52,253 nucleotides of DNA, taken from positions 1-52,253 of the forward strand of contig JBEKTM010000002.1 in NCBI GenBank assembly GCA_049516035.1. The letters run 5' to 3'. Every line of letters starts with the position of its first letter. Within the stretch, counting starts at the first letter, position 1. The stretch comes from Dehalococcoidia bacterium. Lineage in GTDB: Bacteria > Chloroflexota > Dehalococcoidia > GIF9 > AB-539-J10. A program made the translations under genes and the position numbers. Shown here piece by piece: positions 38,062 through 47,419 of this stretch. The notes below the pieces were generated by a model. It searched no databases and was not told the origin of the DNA. It saw only the letters and a list, made by a program, of their open reading frames with translations.

Positions 38062-38254
38062 CTGATCTAGTTCAGATATATGGGTGACACTTTAGATGTT
38101 TGTAACATCGGGTAATAACCTTCCGTGTCATTGCGAGCCCTGACTTGTCGGGACGTGGCAATCATATTGCACCTCACCGGGATTGCGTAGCCTGTTCCGA
38201 AGCGCAAGCGAGGAATCCCGCTTCTCGCAATGACAAAAAAAGGAGTGCCACTAA
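38062..38254 (+). repeat. Composite MITE-like element, copy 3
   Basis: Near-identical inverted match to 26793-26985. Confidence 0.8.
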
Positions 38255-38316
38255 GGTGCTGAATGAAGGCTGCTCCTTGCCTCTGTCTAATAACGCTGCT
38301 ATACTGAGTGAAAGCT

Positions 38317-39753
38317 ATGACCTATGAAATTGTCATCGGCCTGGAGGTCCATACTCAGCTATTAACCAAGAGTAAGATGTTCTGTAGCTGCAGCGCTGAT
38401 TATGCCAGCACTCCTCCTAATACCCACGTCTGTCCCATCTGCCTGGGTATGCCTGGCGTCCTCCCTGTCATCAATGAAAAAGCAATAGAATATACAGCTA
38501 TGACTGCCCTGGCTTTGAATTGCACCATTCCCGAATATACCAAATTTGACCGCAAGAACTACTTTTACCCCGACCTGATGAAAAGTTACCAGATTTCCCA
38601 GTATGATGCTCCTATTGGAAAAGGAGGCTGGTTAACCATTGATAGCAAGAGTAGCAGGAAAAAAATCAATATCACCAGAGTGCATCTCGAAGAAGATACA
38701 GCTAAATTGTTGCACCGGGGTGATTACAGCCTGATAGACGTCAATCGCTCGGGGGTGCCCTTGATGGAAGTTGTTAGCGAGCCCGAAATAAGCTCCCCCG
38801 AGGAGGCTCGGGATTATCTTATCAAACTACATAATATCTTGCGTTATCTGGGAGTGTCCACCGCCAATATGGAGGAAGGAAGCTTTAGATGTGATGCTAA
38901 CATAAGCATACGCCCAGCCAATAGCAAAAAGCTCTTGCCCAAGGTGGAAGTTAAGAATATGAACAGCTTCAAAGCGGTTTACCAGGCCCTGGAATATGAA
39001 GCGGGGCGGCAAGGAAAGGTGCTTGAGGAAGGGGGAGAACTGGTGCAGGAGACTAGAGGTTGGATAGATGAAACAGGTGTAACAGTGCTGCAGAGAACCA
39101 AAGAGTATGCTGAGGACTACCGATATTTTCCCGAACCTGATTTGCCTCCCCTGGCTTTGGACAGGGCCTGGATAGAGGAAATCAAAGTCAGACTCCCGGA
39201 ATTACCAGAAACCCGCAGAGATCGATTTATGACCCAGTATGGCTTGTCCTTGTACGATGCTAATGTTCTAACCAGCTCTAGGGCCATGGCAGATTATTTT
39301 GAAAATTGCGTTAAGCTACTGGATTCCAGCAAAGCCAAGGCTGTTAGTAACTGGCTTTCAGGAGATTTTAGTCGGCTGCTTAACGCTACCAATACTGAGG
39401 TTGAAAATGTTAGAATAAGTCCGAAACATCTAGCGGAAATGCTGAGCCTGGTAGATAATGGTACTGTAAATGGACCGGCTGCCAAGGCAGTGTTCGAGGA
39501 GATGTTTCGCACTGGCAAAGGAGCCAGCGAAATTATAGAAGAAAAGAAACTCAGCCAGATTAGCGATGCCAGTGAAATAAGGGAAGTGGTAAAACAAGTG
39601 ATAGCCAATAATGCCGGGGCAGTAGCAGATTATGCTTCTGGCAAACAGCAAGCCTTGACGTTTATTATAGGACAGGTAATGAAAGCTACCAGGGGAAGGG
39701 CTAATCCAGGCATGGTGAAAGAGATTATTATACAGGAGCTAGGAGGTAAATAA
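38317..39753 (+). CDS. gatB: Asp/Glu-tRNA amidotransferase subunit B
   Basis: 'IGLEVH.QL.T.SKMFC', 'FDRKNYFYPDL', 'RCDANIS', 'DYRYFPEPDL'. Confidence 0.97.
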   Translation: MTYEIVIGLEVHTQLLTKSKMFCSCSADYASTPPNTHVCPICLGMPGVLPVINEKAIEYTAMTALALNCTIPEYTKFDRKNYFYPDLMKSYQISQYDAPIGKGGWLTIDSKSSRKKINITRVHLEEDTAKLLHRGDYSLIDVNRSGVPLMEVVSEPEISSPEEARDYLIKLHNILRYLGVSTANMEEGSFRCDANISIRPANSKKLLPKVEVKNMNSFKAVYQALEYEAGRQGKVLEEGGELVQETRGWIDETGVTVLQRTKEYAEDYRYFPEPDLPPLALDRAWIEEIKVRLPELPETRRDRFMTQYGLSLYDANVLTSSRAMADYFENCVKLLDSSKAKAVSNWLSGDFSRLLNATNTEVENVRISPKHLAEMLSLVDNGTVNGPAAKAVFEEMFRTGKGASEIIEEKKLSQISDASEIREVVKQVIANNAGAVADYASGKQQALTFIIGQVMKATRGRANPGMVKEIIIQELGGK

Positions 39754-39754
39754 A

Positions 39755-39976
39755 TTGCCTACTTATCTTTTAGTCGCTCAGATACTAGTATCAATAGCAT
39801 TAATTGCCGCTGTGCTATTTCAGTTACGCGGTGGAGGCATAGGGGGTATTTTTGGACAAGCTGATTCAGTGTATCGGACTCGGCGAGGGGTAGAAAGCAC
39901 CCTTCTTAGGCTGACCATAATCTTAGTTGTCGTGCTTGTTGTTCTGGCTACTTTAACCGCTGCCAACCTTAGTTAG
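39755..39976 (+). CDS. secG: Preprotein translocase SecG
   Basis: Two TMs, 'LFQ.RGGG.GGIFG...RTRRGVE..L.RLT'. Confidence 0.88.
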   Translation: MPTYLLVAQILVSIALIAAVLFQLRGGGIGGIFGQADSVYRTRRGVESTLLRLTIILVVVLVVLATLTAANLS

Positions 39977-39985
39977 TATCTATAG

Positions 39986-40825
39986 ATGAGTTCCATAATA
40001 ACCCTGACCACCGACTTTGGATATGACGATGCTTACGTTGCTGCTGTGAAAGGTGCTATCTTAAGCGTTAACCCTGACGCTAATGTTATAGACATCAGCC
40101 ATTCTATTAAGCCACAGAATATCCTTCAGGCTGCTTTTATACTTAGTGTTGCTTATCGCTACTTTCCTAAGCAAACAATTCATATGGCTATTGTTGACCC
40201 CGGCGTAGGTGGTGAGCGACAGGGAATAATATTGAAAACACATTCGGCGATCTTCGTTGCCCCCGATAATGGCATTCTCAGCTATATAATTGATGATTTG
40301 GTTTCTGTTGAAAATCATGCGTTAACCGAACAGACTCATGACCTCAAGGAGATGGTATTTAAGAAGGGTCTTGAAGCTGCAGCTATTACCGATCCTCGCT
40401 TCTGGCGACATCCGGTCAGCCCTACTTTTCATGGCAGGGATATTTTTGCTCCTGTGGCTGCCAGCCTTTCTTTAGGTATTTCCCTTTATGAATTCGGGGA
40501 GAAAATCAACTCCCTGCATGTACTCCCTATACCCAGGCCGTCCCTTGATTCAGATGGTAATTTAATTGGCCAGGTCTTACATGTTGACCGCTTTGGCAAC
40601 TTGATTACCAATATTAAAAACAATGATTTACCTGGAAAGAATGTCGTGGTTGAGGTGGCGGGGTATTGTATTCAAGGTGTCAGCGACTACTATGCACAAA
40701 ATAAAGGGATAATGGCTGTCGTGGGCAGCAGCGGTTATCTTGAAGTATCGCTAAGAGATGGAAACGCTTGTGACTTTCTGGGCACGGCAGTGGGAGACGA
40801 AATAAAGGTGATTTCAGCTGCATAG
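39986..40825 (+). CDS. SAM hydroxide adenosyltransferase (DUF62)
   Basis: 'TLTTDFG', 'VDPGVG', 'APDNG', 'SPTFHGRDIF', 'VDRFGN'. Confidence 0.9.
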   Translation: MSSIITLTTDFGYDDAYVAAVKGAILSVNPDANVIDISHSIKPQNILQAAFILSVAYRYFPKQTIHMAIVDPGVGGERQGIILKTHSAIFVAPDNGILSYIIDDLVSVENHALTEQTHDLKEMVFKKGLEAAAITDPRFWRHPVSPTFHGRDIFAPVAASLSLGISLYEFGEKINSLHVLPIPRPSLDSDGNLIGQVLHVDRFGNLITNIKNNDLPGKNVVVEVAGYCIQGVSDYYAQNKGIMAVVGSSGYLEVSLRDGNACDFLGTAVGDEIKVISAA

Positions 40826-40996
40826 TGAAGAGATATCAGGAATATCAATCCAAATCATCACATTAAGCGAAAATACCGCCGCTAGGGTAAATCTTGTTAC
40901 CAACTCAATAATGGCGGCACATGTATCAATCTCTAGAGGCCACTTGCTATTCTGGGTACCCTCTTGCTGTTGTTACTTCCAAGCACTTTTCCTTTG

Positions 40997-41080
40997 GTCG
41001 TTGCGAGCACCTGAAAGGTGCGTGGCAGTCCCATGACCTCCACCGAGATTGCTTCAGCACCGTCGTGCCTCGCAATGACA
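40997..41080. repeat. Family A palindromic repeat
   Basis: GTCGTTGCGAG...CTCGCAATGACA. Confidence 0.75.
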
Positions 41081-41327
41081 AAGGGGAGGCGTCATTCCGA
41101 GCGAAACAAAGAATCTTTCCTTCGCTGGGTTCCTGGTAGATTCAGAGGCTTTGGCTAAAATACATAAACCGTTCTTTAATCGTAGCCACAATTTTCACCT
41201 AGCTTAATGCGGTCAGCCATGTCAGAAGATCATTTAAAGGGTAGTTTCTATCACCATTATAAAAGTGGTAATATATGGGATGCCTAGGTACAGGCTCGAA
41301 CAAAAAGGGCTCTAAGGAGAGAAACTA

Positions 41328-42299
41328 ATGAACAGAAAAAGATATCTAGTAATCATAGGAATTGTGGCGGTGGTGGCACTTTCGATTCTAGTCTACACGA
41401 TGCTAGCCAACCATCGGCTAGTTATCACCAGCTTGAAAGCTGAACCGAAAGTAGTTCCTCCTTGGGGAAGTTGCCAGATTGTGTGTAATGCTACAGCCCC
41501 CAATGGCGACGAGCTAAGTTATAACTGGTCGGCTGACGGAGGCAAGATAACTGGGGCAGGAACTGCGGTTACCTGGACTGCTTCTAACTCTTCGGGCTCC
41601 TACAATATTACAGTCACGGTGAGCAATGGGCACGGTGGCGAAGCCAAGAAACGGATAACTATCACGGTGAGGGCCAATAATCCGCCAACCATTAACAGTC
41701 TGGTAGCCAGTGCAAACTGGACCACTCCTTCGGGTAGTATCCAGGTGACGTGTAATGCTACAGACCCGGATGGCGACATGCTGAGTTATGAGTGGACAAC
41801 CGATGGGGGTAAGATTTCTGGCGCAGGTGCGGCTGTACACTGGACTGCTCCCCAAACAGTCGGCACATACAATATCACGGTTGTCGTTAATGATGGCTAC
41901 GGTGGGGAAGATATGAGGAGAATAACTCTTAGCGTAGCACGTGGCACACCACCAACTATTGAAAAGCTGGTTGTTAATCCCAACGGGAACCTTTTGAGAG
42001 AAAGCACGGCTGCCGGGTGCGATTTCGATGTCTGGGTAAAGGAGGAATACGATATTAAATGTCTTGCTTCAAACACAAGCGATGAACTGTCTTACGAATG
42101 GTCATGCACAGCCGGTAATATTTCCGGGGAGGGCTCTACGATTACCTGGACTGCCCCGAATGAGAAGTCCGTTACAGTTACGGTCACGGTAATAGTGTCT
42201 GATGCCGAGGGCAATAGTATAGCTAAGAGCATAGTTTTCCATGTGCCGTCTTGTACATGTGGTTCCTGGGGATTAAAATCAGGAGAAATCTCATTCTAG
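41328..42299 (+). CDS. Membrane-anchored protein with three PKD/Ig-like repeats
   Basis: N-terminal TM; 'LSY.W...GG.I.G.G..V.WTA' x3. Confidence 0.8.
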   Translation: MNRKRYLVIIGIVAVVALSILVYTMLANHRLVITSLKAEPKVVPPWGSCQIVCNATAPNGDELSYNWSADGGKITGAGTAVTWTASNSSGSYNITVTVSNGHGGEAKKRITITVRANNPPTINSLVASANWTTPSGSIQVTCNATDPDGDMLSYEWTTDGGKISGAGAAVHWTAPQTVGTYNITVVVNDGYGGEDMRRITLSVARGTPPTIEKLVVNPNGNLLRESTAAGCDFDVWVKEEYDIKCLASNTSDELSYEWSCTAGNISGEGSTITWTAPNEKSVTVTVTVIVSDAEGNSIAKSIVFHVPSCTCGSWGLKSGEISF

Positions 42300-42611
42300 C
42301 TAAGGGCATAGTCTTCCCAGTGGCGCCCTGCATACCATGTGCCTTTCCCTGTAGAAAACCCTAAACAGGGGGGCTATTTTGAAGTGGTATTTGCCAATAT
42401 ACAACTGGGTGACCAAATTTTTGAAAAACACTTCCCAGGACCGCTTCAAGCGATATCTGGTTATATCCCTGATAATCTCTTGGGAATGCTGCTCCTCGGT
42501 TGCCTTTACTCTAATCAGTTCGAGTTTCTAAAACCCATATGTAACGTACTTTAGTAGACCTGTGGGTGCAGCCATGTTGCCGATTCTGGGTGCCTTTTAG
42601 GGCTAGAAACC

Positions 42612-43439
42612 CTATATCCCCTTAAAAACGCCAATCATATTTAAACCCGCGTAGACCAGAAAAGCAATAAAGATATATCTTAGTGGTTTCGCCGGCAGGG
42701 CATGTGCCGCCTGAGCTCCAAGCTGTGCCATGGGTATGCTGGTAGCTGCCAAGCATAGCCATATTGGTAAATTTACATAGCCTAGAGAATAAGGAAGCAA
42801 GCCAGGTACTCCCAGTCCATTTACGATATAGCCAACAATACCACCCAGACTGGCAAGTATTATGGCAGCCACCGATGTTCCCACAGCAACGTGCATGGTA
42901 AAATTTAATCCTAACACCAGCACAGGGACTATCAATACCCCACCACCAAGCCCGGTCAGCCCAATTACCATGCCTATAGGGAATCCGCAAGCCGCCACAA
43001 GCCCGAAGTTTTCCCGTGGCTCTTCAGCCTCTTTTCTCAACTTGGGCATTAGTTCCAAGCTCATCCATATTGCAACAGCCAGGACCAGTCCTCCAAAGCC
43101 TACTTTTAGAGTCTTTTCAGGAAGGCGAGTTGCCAGAGTAGCTCCTACCAGAGCCCCGACCAAGGCACATGAGCCTAGAATTAAGGCGGTTTTCCAGCGA
43201 ACTGCTTTCTTTTTATTATGTCTCCACGCGCCGCTTATGGCTGTGGGCAAAATCACCAGCAAACTTGTCCCTATGGCTGTTTTCATGGGAATACCAGGAC
43301 CGACGGCCTCCATAGCCAAGATAATCCAGTAGCTGATAGGAACCATGATGGACCCGCCACCAATTCCCAACAGTGCGCTGGCAAAACCAGCACCTGCCCC
43401 TGTAGCCAGTAGTTTGAAGATGTCAATTGCTGTCAGCAT
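42612..43439 (-). CDS. TauE/SafE-family membrane transporter
   Basis: 'LLGIGGG', 'AIGTSL', 'GLGGG', 'AVGTS'. Confidence 0.88.
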   Translation of the reverse strand: MLTAIDIFKLLATGAGAGFASALLGIGGGSIMVPISYWIILAMEAVGPGIPMKTAIGTSLLVILPTAISGAWRHNKKKAVRWKTALILGSCALVGALVGATLATRLPEKTLKVGFGGLVLAVAIWMSLELMPKLRKEAEEPRENFGLVAACGFPIGMVIGLTGLGGGVLIVPVLVLGLNFTMHVAVGTSVAAIILASLGGIVGYIVNGLGVPGLLPYSLGYVNLPIWLCLAATSIPMAQLGAQAAHALPAKPLRYIFIAFLVYAGLNMIGVFKGI

Positions 43440-43897
43440 CTTTTCTTTCCTAGCTTGCCTTCGAGCCAACCGAGTTTGGCAACCGACCTTTCATCTACTT
43501 CAGGAATATATGGCTTGATATCTAAAAGAGGGGTGCCGTCTACGGCGTCCAGCCCTTTCACCTTGAGGATATTCTTTTCTCTGGCTACTAGCTCAACGAC
43601 AGTCAATCCCAAGGGACAAGGTCTATGCGGTGATCTGGTAGCGAAAAGACCGTGTAAAATATCGTCCCAGGGTGTCTTAACCAACAAATGATATCCCTGA
43701 GACTTATGAAACCAATAAATAACGATAAGATGGGAAAATCCCTCAATGTCCTTTAAGCCTTCTGTGAATTCCTTAAATATCTCTATCTGAGAAATCTCCT
43801 CACTTCTATAGCCCTGATAAGGAGCTTTCTCCGTATTCTTGTAAGGAGAACGAATTACCCCGATAGGCTGCAATTCCAAGTTATGCTTTTTTCCCAT
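43433..43897 (-). CDS. tsaA: tRNA m6t6A37 methyltransferase TrmO-like
   Basis: 'PIGVIRSPY', 'GLFATRSPHRP', 'GLDAVDGTPLLDIKPY'. Confidence 0.9.
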   Translation of the reverse strand: MGKKHNLELQPIGVIRSPYKNTEKAPYQGYRSEEISQIEIFKEFTEGLKDIEGFSHLIVIYWFHKSQGYHLLVKTPWDDILHGLFATRSPHRPCPLGLTVVELVAREKNILKVKGLDAVDGTPLLDIKPYIPEVDERSVAKLGWLEGKLGKKRC

Positions 43898-43956
43898 TCC
43901 TTAAGCTTCACTAGCTAAGCTATTAATCTTGTGAATCATATCACTTACTTGAAATC

Positions 43957-44418
43957 TTAGCCGCTTTTATAAGCTCTTTTCCATGGTTCGTTCTTAGAAG
44001 CCAGGTAGTCCTTGATTGCTTCTTTAAGAGTATTAGCTGCTAGAAGAGCACAGTGGAGGTCATCTTCAGGAAGCCCTCCTAAGGTATCCAGTATATTTTG
44101 CTGAGTAATCTTCTGGGCTTCCAGAACGCCCTTTCCTTTAGCCAGTTCAGTGACCATGCTGCCCGAGGCAATGCTACACCCACAGCCATCTGTCCAGAAA
44201 GAGGCATTTATAACCTTGCCCTCTTTTATCTTAAGACATATTTCCATAGTGTTACCATGAGGATCAGTTATCTTGCCCAATCCATCAGGGGCATTAATTC
44301 TCCCCAGATTTCTGGGGTTCAGAAAGTGGTCAATCGTTTTCTCCGAGTAGACCCTTTTCATGTCCTCCATGATGGATTGCTCCAGCTCTTTGAACGAGTT
44401 ATCAAATTCCTCTGTCAT
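43957..44418 (-). CDS. IscU/NifU-N-like scaffold protein (variant)
   Basis: 'DHFLNPRNLG', 'TDGCG.SIASGS', 'LGGLP...HCA.LA'. Confidence 0.85.
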   Translation of the reverse strand: MTEEFDNSFKELEQSIMEDMKRVYSEKTIDHFLNPRNLGRINAPDGLGKITDPHGNTMEICLKIKEGKVINASFWTDGCGCSIASGSMVTELAKGKGVLEAQKITQQNILDTLGGLPEDDLHCALLAANTLKEAIKDYLASKNEPWKRAYKSG

Positions 44419-44481
44419 TTTCCTCTATTTCTCTAGAATAAGATTCCACGGCTCAGACCGGTTTGCCTGACCACGTATAAG

Positions 44482-45492
44482 CTACCCGCCATTCTTTCCA
44501 TCTAGAGCTGCGACCACATTGGTAAAAAGTTCAGACACAGCATCTGAACTATATTTCTCGATTTTTCCATCGTCACATAATCTGGCTAACTCCGGGTCGA
44601 TGGGCAACTTCCCCAAAAGAGGAGCTCCAGAAGCCTTGGCCATTTCCTCCCCCTTGCTCCTGCCGAAAATTTCCAGTTTCTTACCTGTCTCAGGCAATAT
44701 GAGATAGCTCATATTCTCCACTACTCCCAGAACTCGAACATTCATCTTTTGTGCCATCCGTATCGCCTTTTTGACTATCATCTCGGTTAGTTCCTGGGGG
44801 GTAAAAACATCGATTACCCCTGAGATAGGTATTGCCTGCAGCACCGTCAATGGGGCGTCTCCAGTGCCCGGGGGCAGGTCTATTATGAGACAGTCCAGCC
44901 TGCCCCAAAGGACTTCCTCCCAGAATTGCGTGATAGCTCTAGACATGAGGGGACCTCTCCAGATAACCGCTTCATCTTCACTAGGCAAAAGCAGGTTCAT
45001 GGACATAATTTCAATCCCTGATTTTGATAATATGGGCAGAATACCTGTCTCGCTACCGCTGGGGCGAGCATTTAAACCGAACATCTTGGGGATACTGGGC
45101 CCGGTGATGTCGGCATCGAGTATGCCCACGTCCTTTCCTGCCCGAGCAAAAGAGGTAGCTAATAAACTAGCTATCAGAGATTTGCCGACTCCCCCTTTAC
45201 CACTCATTATGGCTATTATCTTCCCAATCTGGTTAAGTTCTTTGGGGCTAGCTTCGACAAGGTCAATCGTTACTTCTTCCACACCGGGAAGCGCGCTAAC
45301 CGCTGCCGCTGCTTGGTCCTTTAGCAATTTATGATGTTGGGCCGGGATAGCAGTCGAAGCCAAAGTTACCTTCGCCTTACCATCCTTCACTTCCGTGCTT
45401 CGAACCAGGTTCATCTGTACTATGCTACGCATTATCCCGGGGACAAGCACTTTGTTCAATGCTTTTTGTAGTTTTGCCTCTGCTGGATTCAA
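44482..45492 (-). CDS. mrp: Mrp/NBP35 ATPase with N-terminal FeS_assembly_P domain
   Basis: 'SGKGGVGKS', 'DADITGPSIP', 'IWRGP', 'DLPPGTGD', 'VVENMS'. Confidence 0.92.
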   Translation of the reverse strand: MNPAEAKLQKALNKVLVPGIMRSIVQMNLVRSTEVKDGKAKVTLASTAIPAQHHKLLKDQAAAAVSALPGVEEVTIDLVEASPKELNQIGKIIAIMSGKGGVGKSLIASLLATSFARAGKDVGILDADITGPSIPKMFGLNARPSGSETGILPILSKSGIEIMSMNLLLPSEDEAVIWRGPLMSRAITQFWEEVLWGRLDCLIIDLPPGTGDAPLTVLQAIPISGVIDVFTPQELTEMIVKKAIRMAQKMNVRVLGVVENMSYLILPETGKKLEIFGRSKGEEMAKASGAPLLGKLPIDPELARLCDDGKIEKYSSDAVSELFTNVVAALDGKNGG

Positions 45493-45524
45493 CAGATCAC
45501 CTCCTGATGATAATTCGTTTAGAT

Positions 45525-46130
45525 TTATCGGCAGCTTATTTTCTTCAGCAAAGAATATATTTCTTCTACCTGCCTTTTTGTTTCTTCAGGGGGGCCATCA
45601 TTATTAATAACAAAATCGGCAGATTTGATTTTTTTCTTAAGAGGAAGTTGGGATTTTATCCTGTTTTGGGCATCCTCCTGACTCATCCCCTTTTCTTTCA
45701 AGCGTCTTAATTGAGTTTGCGCACTGGCAGAAACAACGACTACTCTATCCACAAATATAGGGCGAGTGACTTCGAACAGTAATGGAATGTCCTTGATGAT
45801 TAGAGCATCAGGATCAAGGTTTTTGATCTTATTTGTAGTCCTTTTGTCTTCTTTAAACACCTGGGGATGAACTATCTGATTTAGCTTTGTCAACTTTTCT
45901 TTGTCGGAAAATACTATCTCAGCCAGTTTCTGCCGATTGATGGTTAGGTCTTCATTCAAAATACCTTTCCCAAAGTACTCTACAATTTCTTTCCAAGCTT
46001 TTAAGTGAGGACGGATTGCCTTCCGAGCCAGCTCATCCCAATCAATTATGTAAGCCCCCAGCTCTCTAAAGAAATTGGTTACCGTGCTTTTGCCCGTGCC
46101 CACACTTCCTGTCAGACCAACGATAATCAT
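45525..46130 (-). CDS. coaE: Dephospho-CoA kinase
   Basis: 'VGLTGSVGTGKSTV', 'LNQIVHP', 'IPLLFE'. Confidence 0.95.
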   Translation of the reverse strand: MIIVGLTGSVGTGKSTVTNFFRELGAYIIDWDELARKAIRPHLKAWKEIVEYFGKGILNEDLTINRQKLAEIVFSDKEKLTKLNQIVHPQVFKEDKRTTNKIKNLDPDALIIKDIPLLFEVTRPIFVDRVVVVSASAQTQLRRLKEKGMSQEDAQNRIKSQLPLKKKIKSADFVINNDGPPEETKRQVEEIYSLLKKISCR

Positions 46131-46211
46131 TTGTTCCTTTTTGTCATTCGTCTTGATTTGAGGACTGAGATAAACCTCACCTTCAGCTTCTATGCGAATG
46201 AATGGATTCCT

Positions 46212-46727
46212 TTATACCTCTTCTAATTTTCGGACACTCCATTTTTTCCGAACTAAAGCCACAGCCTGTGCAGCCATTCCCTCTTCCCTGCCGATGAAGC
46301 CCAGACCATTAGTTGTGGTGGCTTTGACCGTCACCCATGTTGAATCTACACCTAAGGTTTTACCTATGCGTCTTCTCATTTCAGGGATGAAGGGGGAAAG
46401 CTTGGGGTTTTGCGCTATGATGGTAACATCAATGTTAGCAACTCTGAGTCCTTTGGCTTTAAGCAGTTTACTGGTCCTGCTTAGCAGAAGCAAGCTCGAA
46501 ATATCTTTATATTCCGGTTCCCCAGAAGGGAATAAAGTGCCAATGTCACCCAAATCAGCAGCGCCACATAAAGCATCTATTATGGCATGAATTGCCACAT
46601 CAGCATCGCTCCAACCCAGTAAGCCTTTATCATAAGGGATATCAACACCTCCCAGAATTAGCCTTCGCCCTGAAACCAAAGGATGGCTATCCCAACCAAT
46701 ACCAACGCTTAATTCTTCTCTCTCCAT
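46212..46727 (-). CDS. ispF: MECDP synthase
   Basis: 'GIGWDSH', 'SDADVAIHAIIDAL.GA', 'DIG.LFP', 'VKATT'. Confidence 0.95.
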   Translation of the reverse strand: MEREELSVGIGWDSHPLVSGRRLILGGVDIPYDKGLLGWSDADVAIHAIIDALCGAADLGDIGTLFPSGEPEYKDISSLLLLSRTSKLLKAKGLRVANIDVTIIAQNPKLSPFIPEMRRRIGKTLGVDSTWVTVKATTTNGLGFIGREEGMAAQAVALVRKKWSVRKLEEV

Positions 46728-47419
46728 TTTCGTGCGATGATACGCGCTAACGCCAGATCTTCGACTGTGGTCACTTTTATATTTTTATAATCGCCCATAT
46801 AGAGCTTCACTTTACATCCCAGACGTTCCACAGCGGCAGCATCATCGGTAACCTCTGCCGTGAGGTTCTCATAAGCCTTGGTTATCACATCAAAGCTAAA
46901 TATCTGAGGGGTTTGCGCTGCCCATAGCCTGCCACGCTGAAGTGTTTTCCCAATCAATTTCCCATCAGCAGCAAGCTTGACAGTATCTTTAACTGGTACT
47001 GCGGCTACAGCAGCCCTAGTATCCTCGACTATCTTTAAACCATCCTCAATCAAATCTAAAGTTAAGAAAGGTCGAGCTCCGTCATGAATCATAACTAAAT
47101 CACAATCCCTTATTTGTCTTAACCCTTGCCTCACCGAATCCTGCCGCCGTACACCACCCGGGCATAAAGTAACCTTAGACCAGCCCCTCTCTTTTTTCAG
47201 TTTCTGCCCCCGCGACAAATCCTTATCGTTCAATACCAGGACTATCTGTTGAACCAAGCCACATCTCTGACAGGTATCCACGGACCAGGCCAGCAAAGTT
47301 TTCCCTCCTAGAAGAGCAAAGAGCTTGTTTATACCCGCCATCCGCTGGCTGGTTCCAGCAGCGACTATAACCACGCCTAATTTACCTTTATTCTTGCCCT
47401 GTATTTTCGCCCTTGGCAC
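46709..47419 (-). CDS. ispD: MEP cytidylyltransferase
   Basis: 'AAG.SQRM', 'RRQDSV', 'IHDGARP', 'AQTPQ', 'TDDA', 'NIKVT'. Confidence 0.95.
   Translation of the reverse strand: MPRAKIQGKNKGKLGVVIVAAGTSQRMAGINKLFALLGGKTLLAWSVDTCQRCGLVQQIVLVLNDKDLSRGQKLKKERGWSKVTLCPGGVRRQDSVRQGLRQIRDCDLVMIHDGARPFLTLDLIEDGLKIVEDTRAAVAAVPVKDTVKLAADGKLIGKTLQRGRLWAAQTPQIFSFDVITKAYENLTAEVTDDAAAVERLGCKVKLYMGDYKNIKVTTVEDLALARIIARKWREKN

Noticed and set aside
39986-40825. Fluorinase/chlorinase
   Set aside because: The TFHGRD His and the Asp/Arg of 'VDPGVG..R' fit the DUF62 SAM hydrolase, not a halogenase
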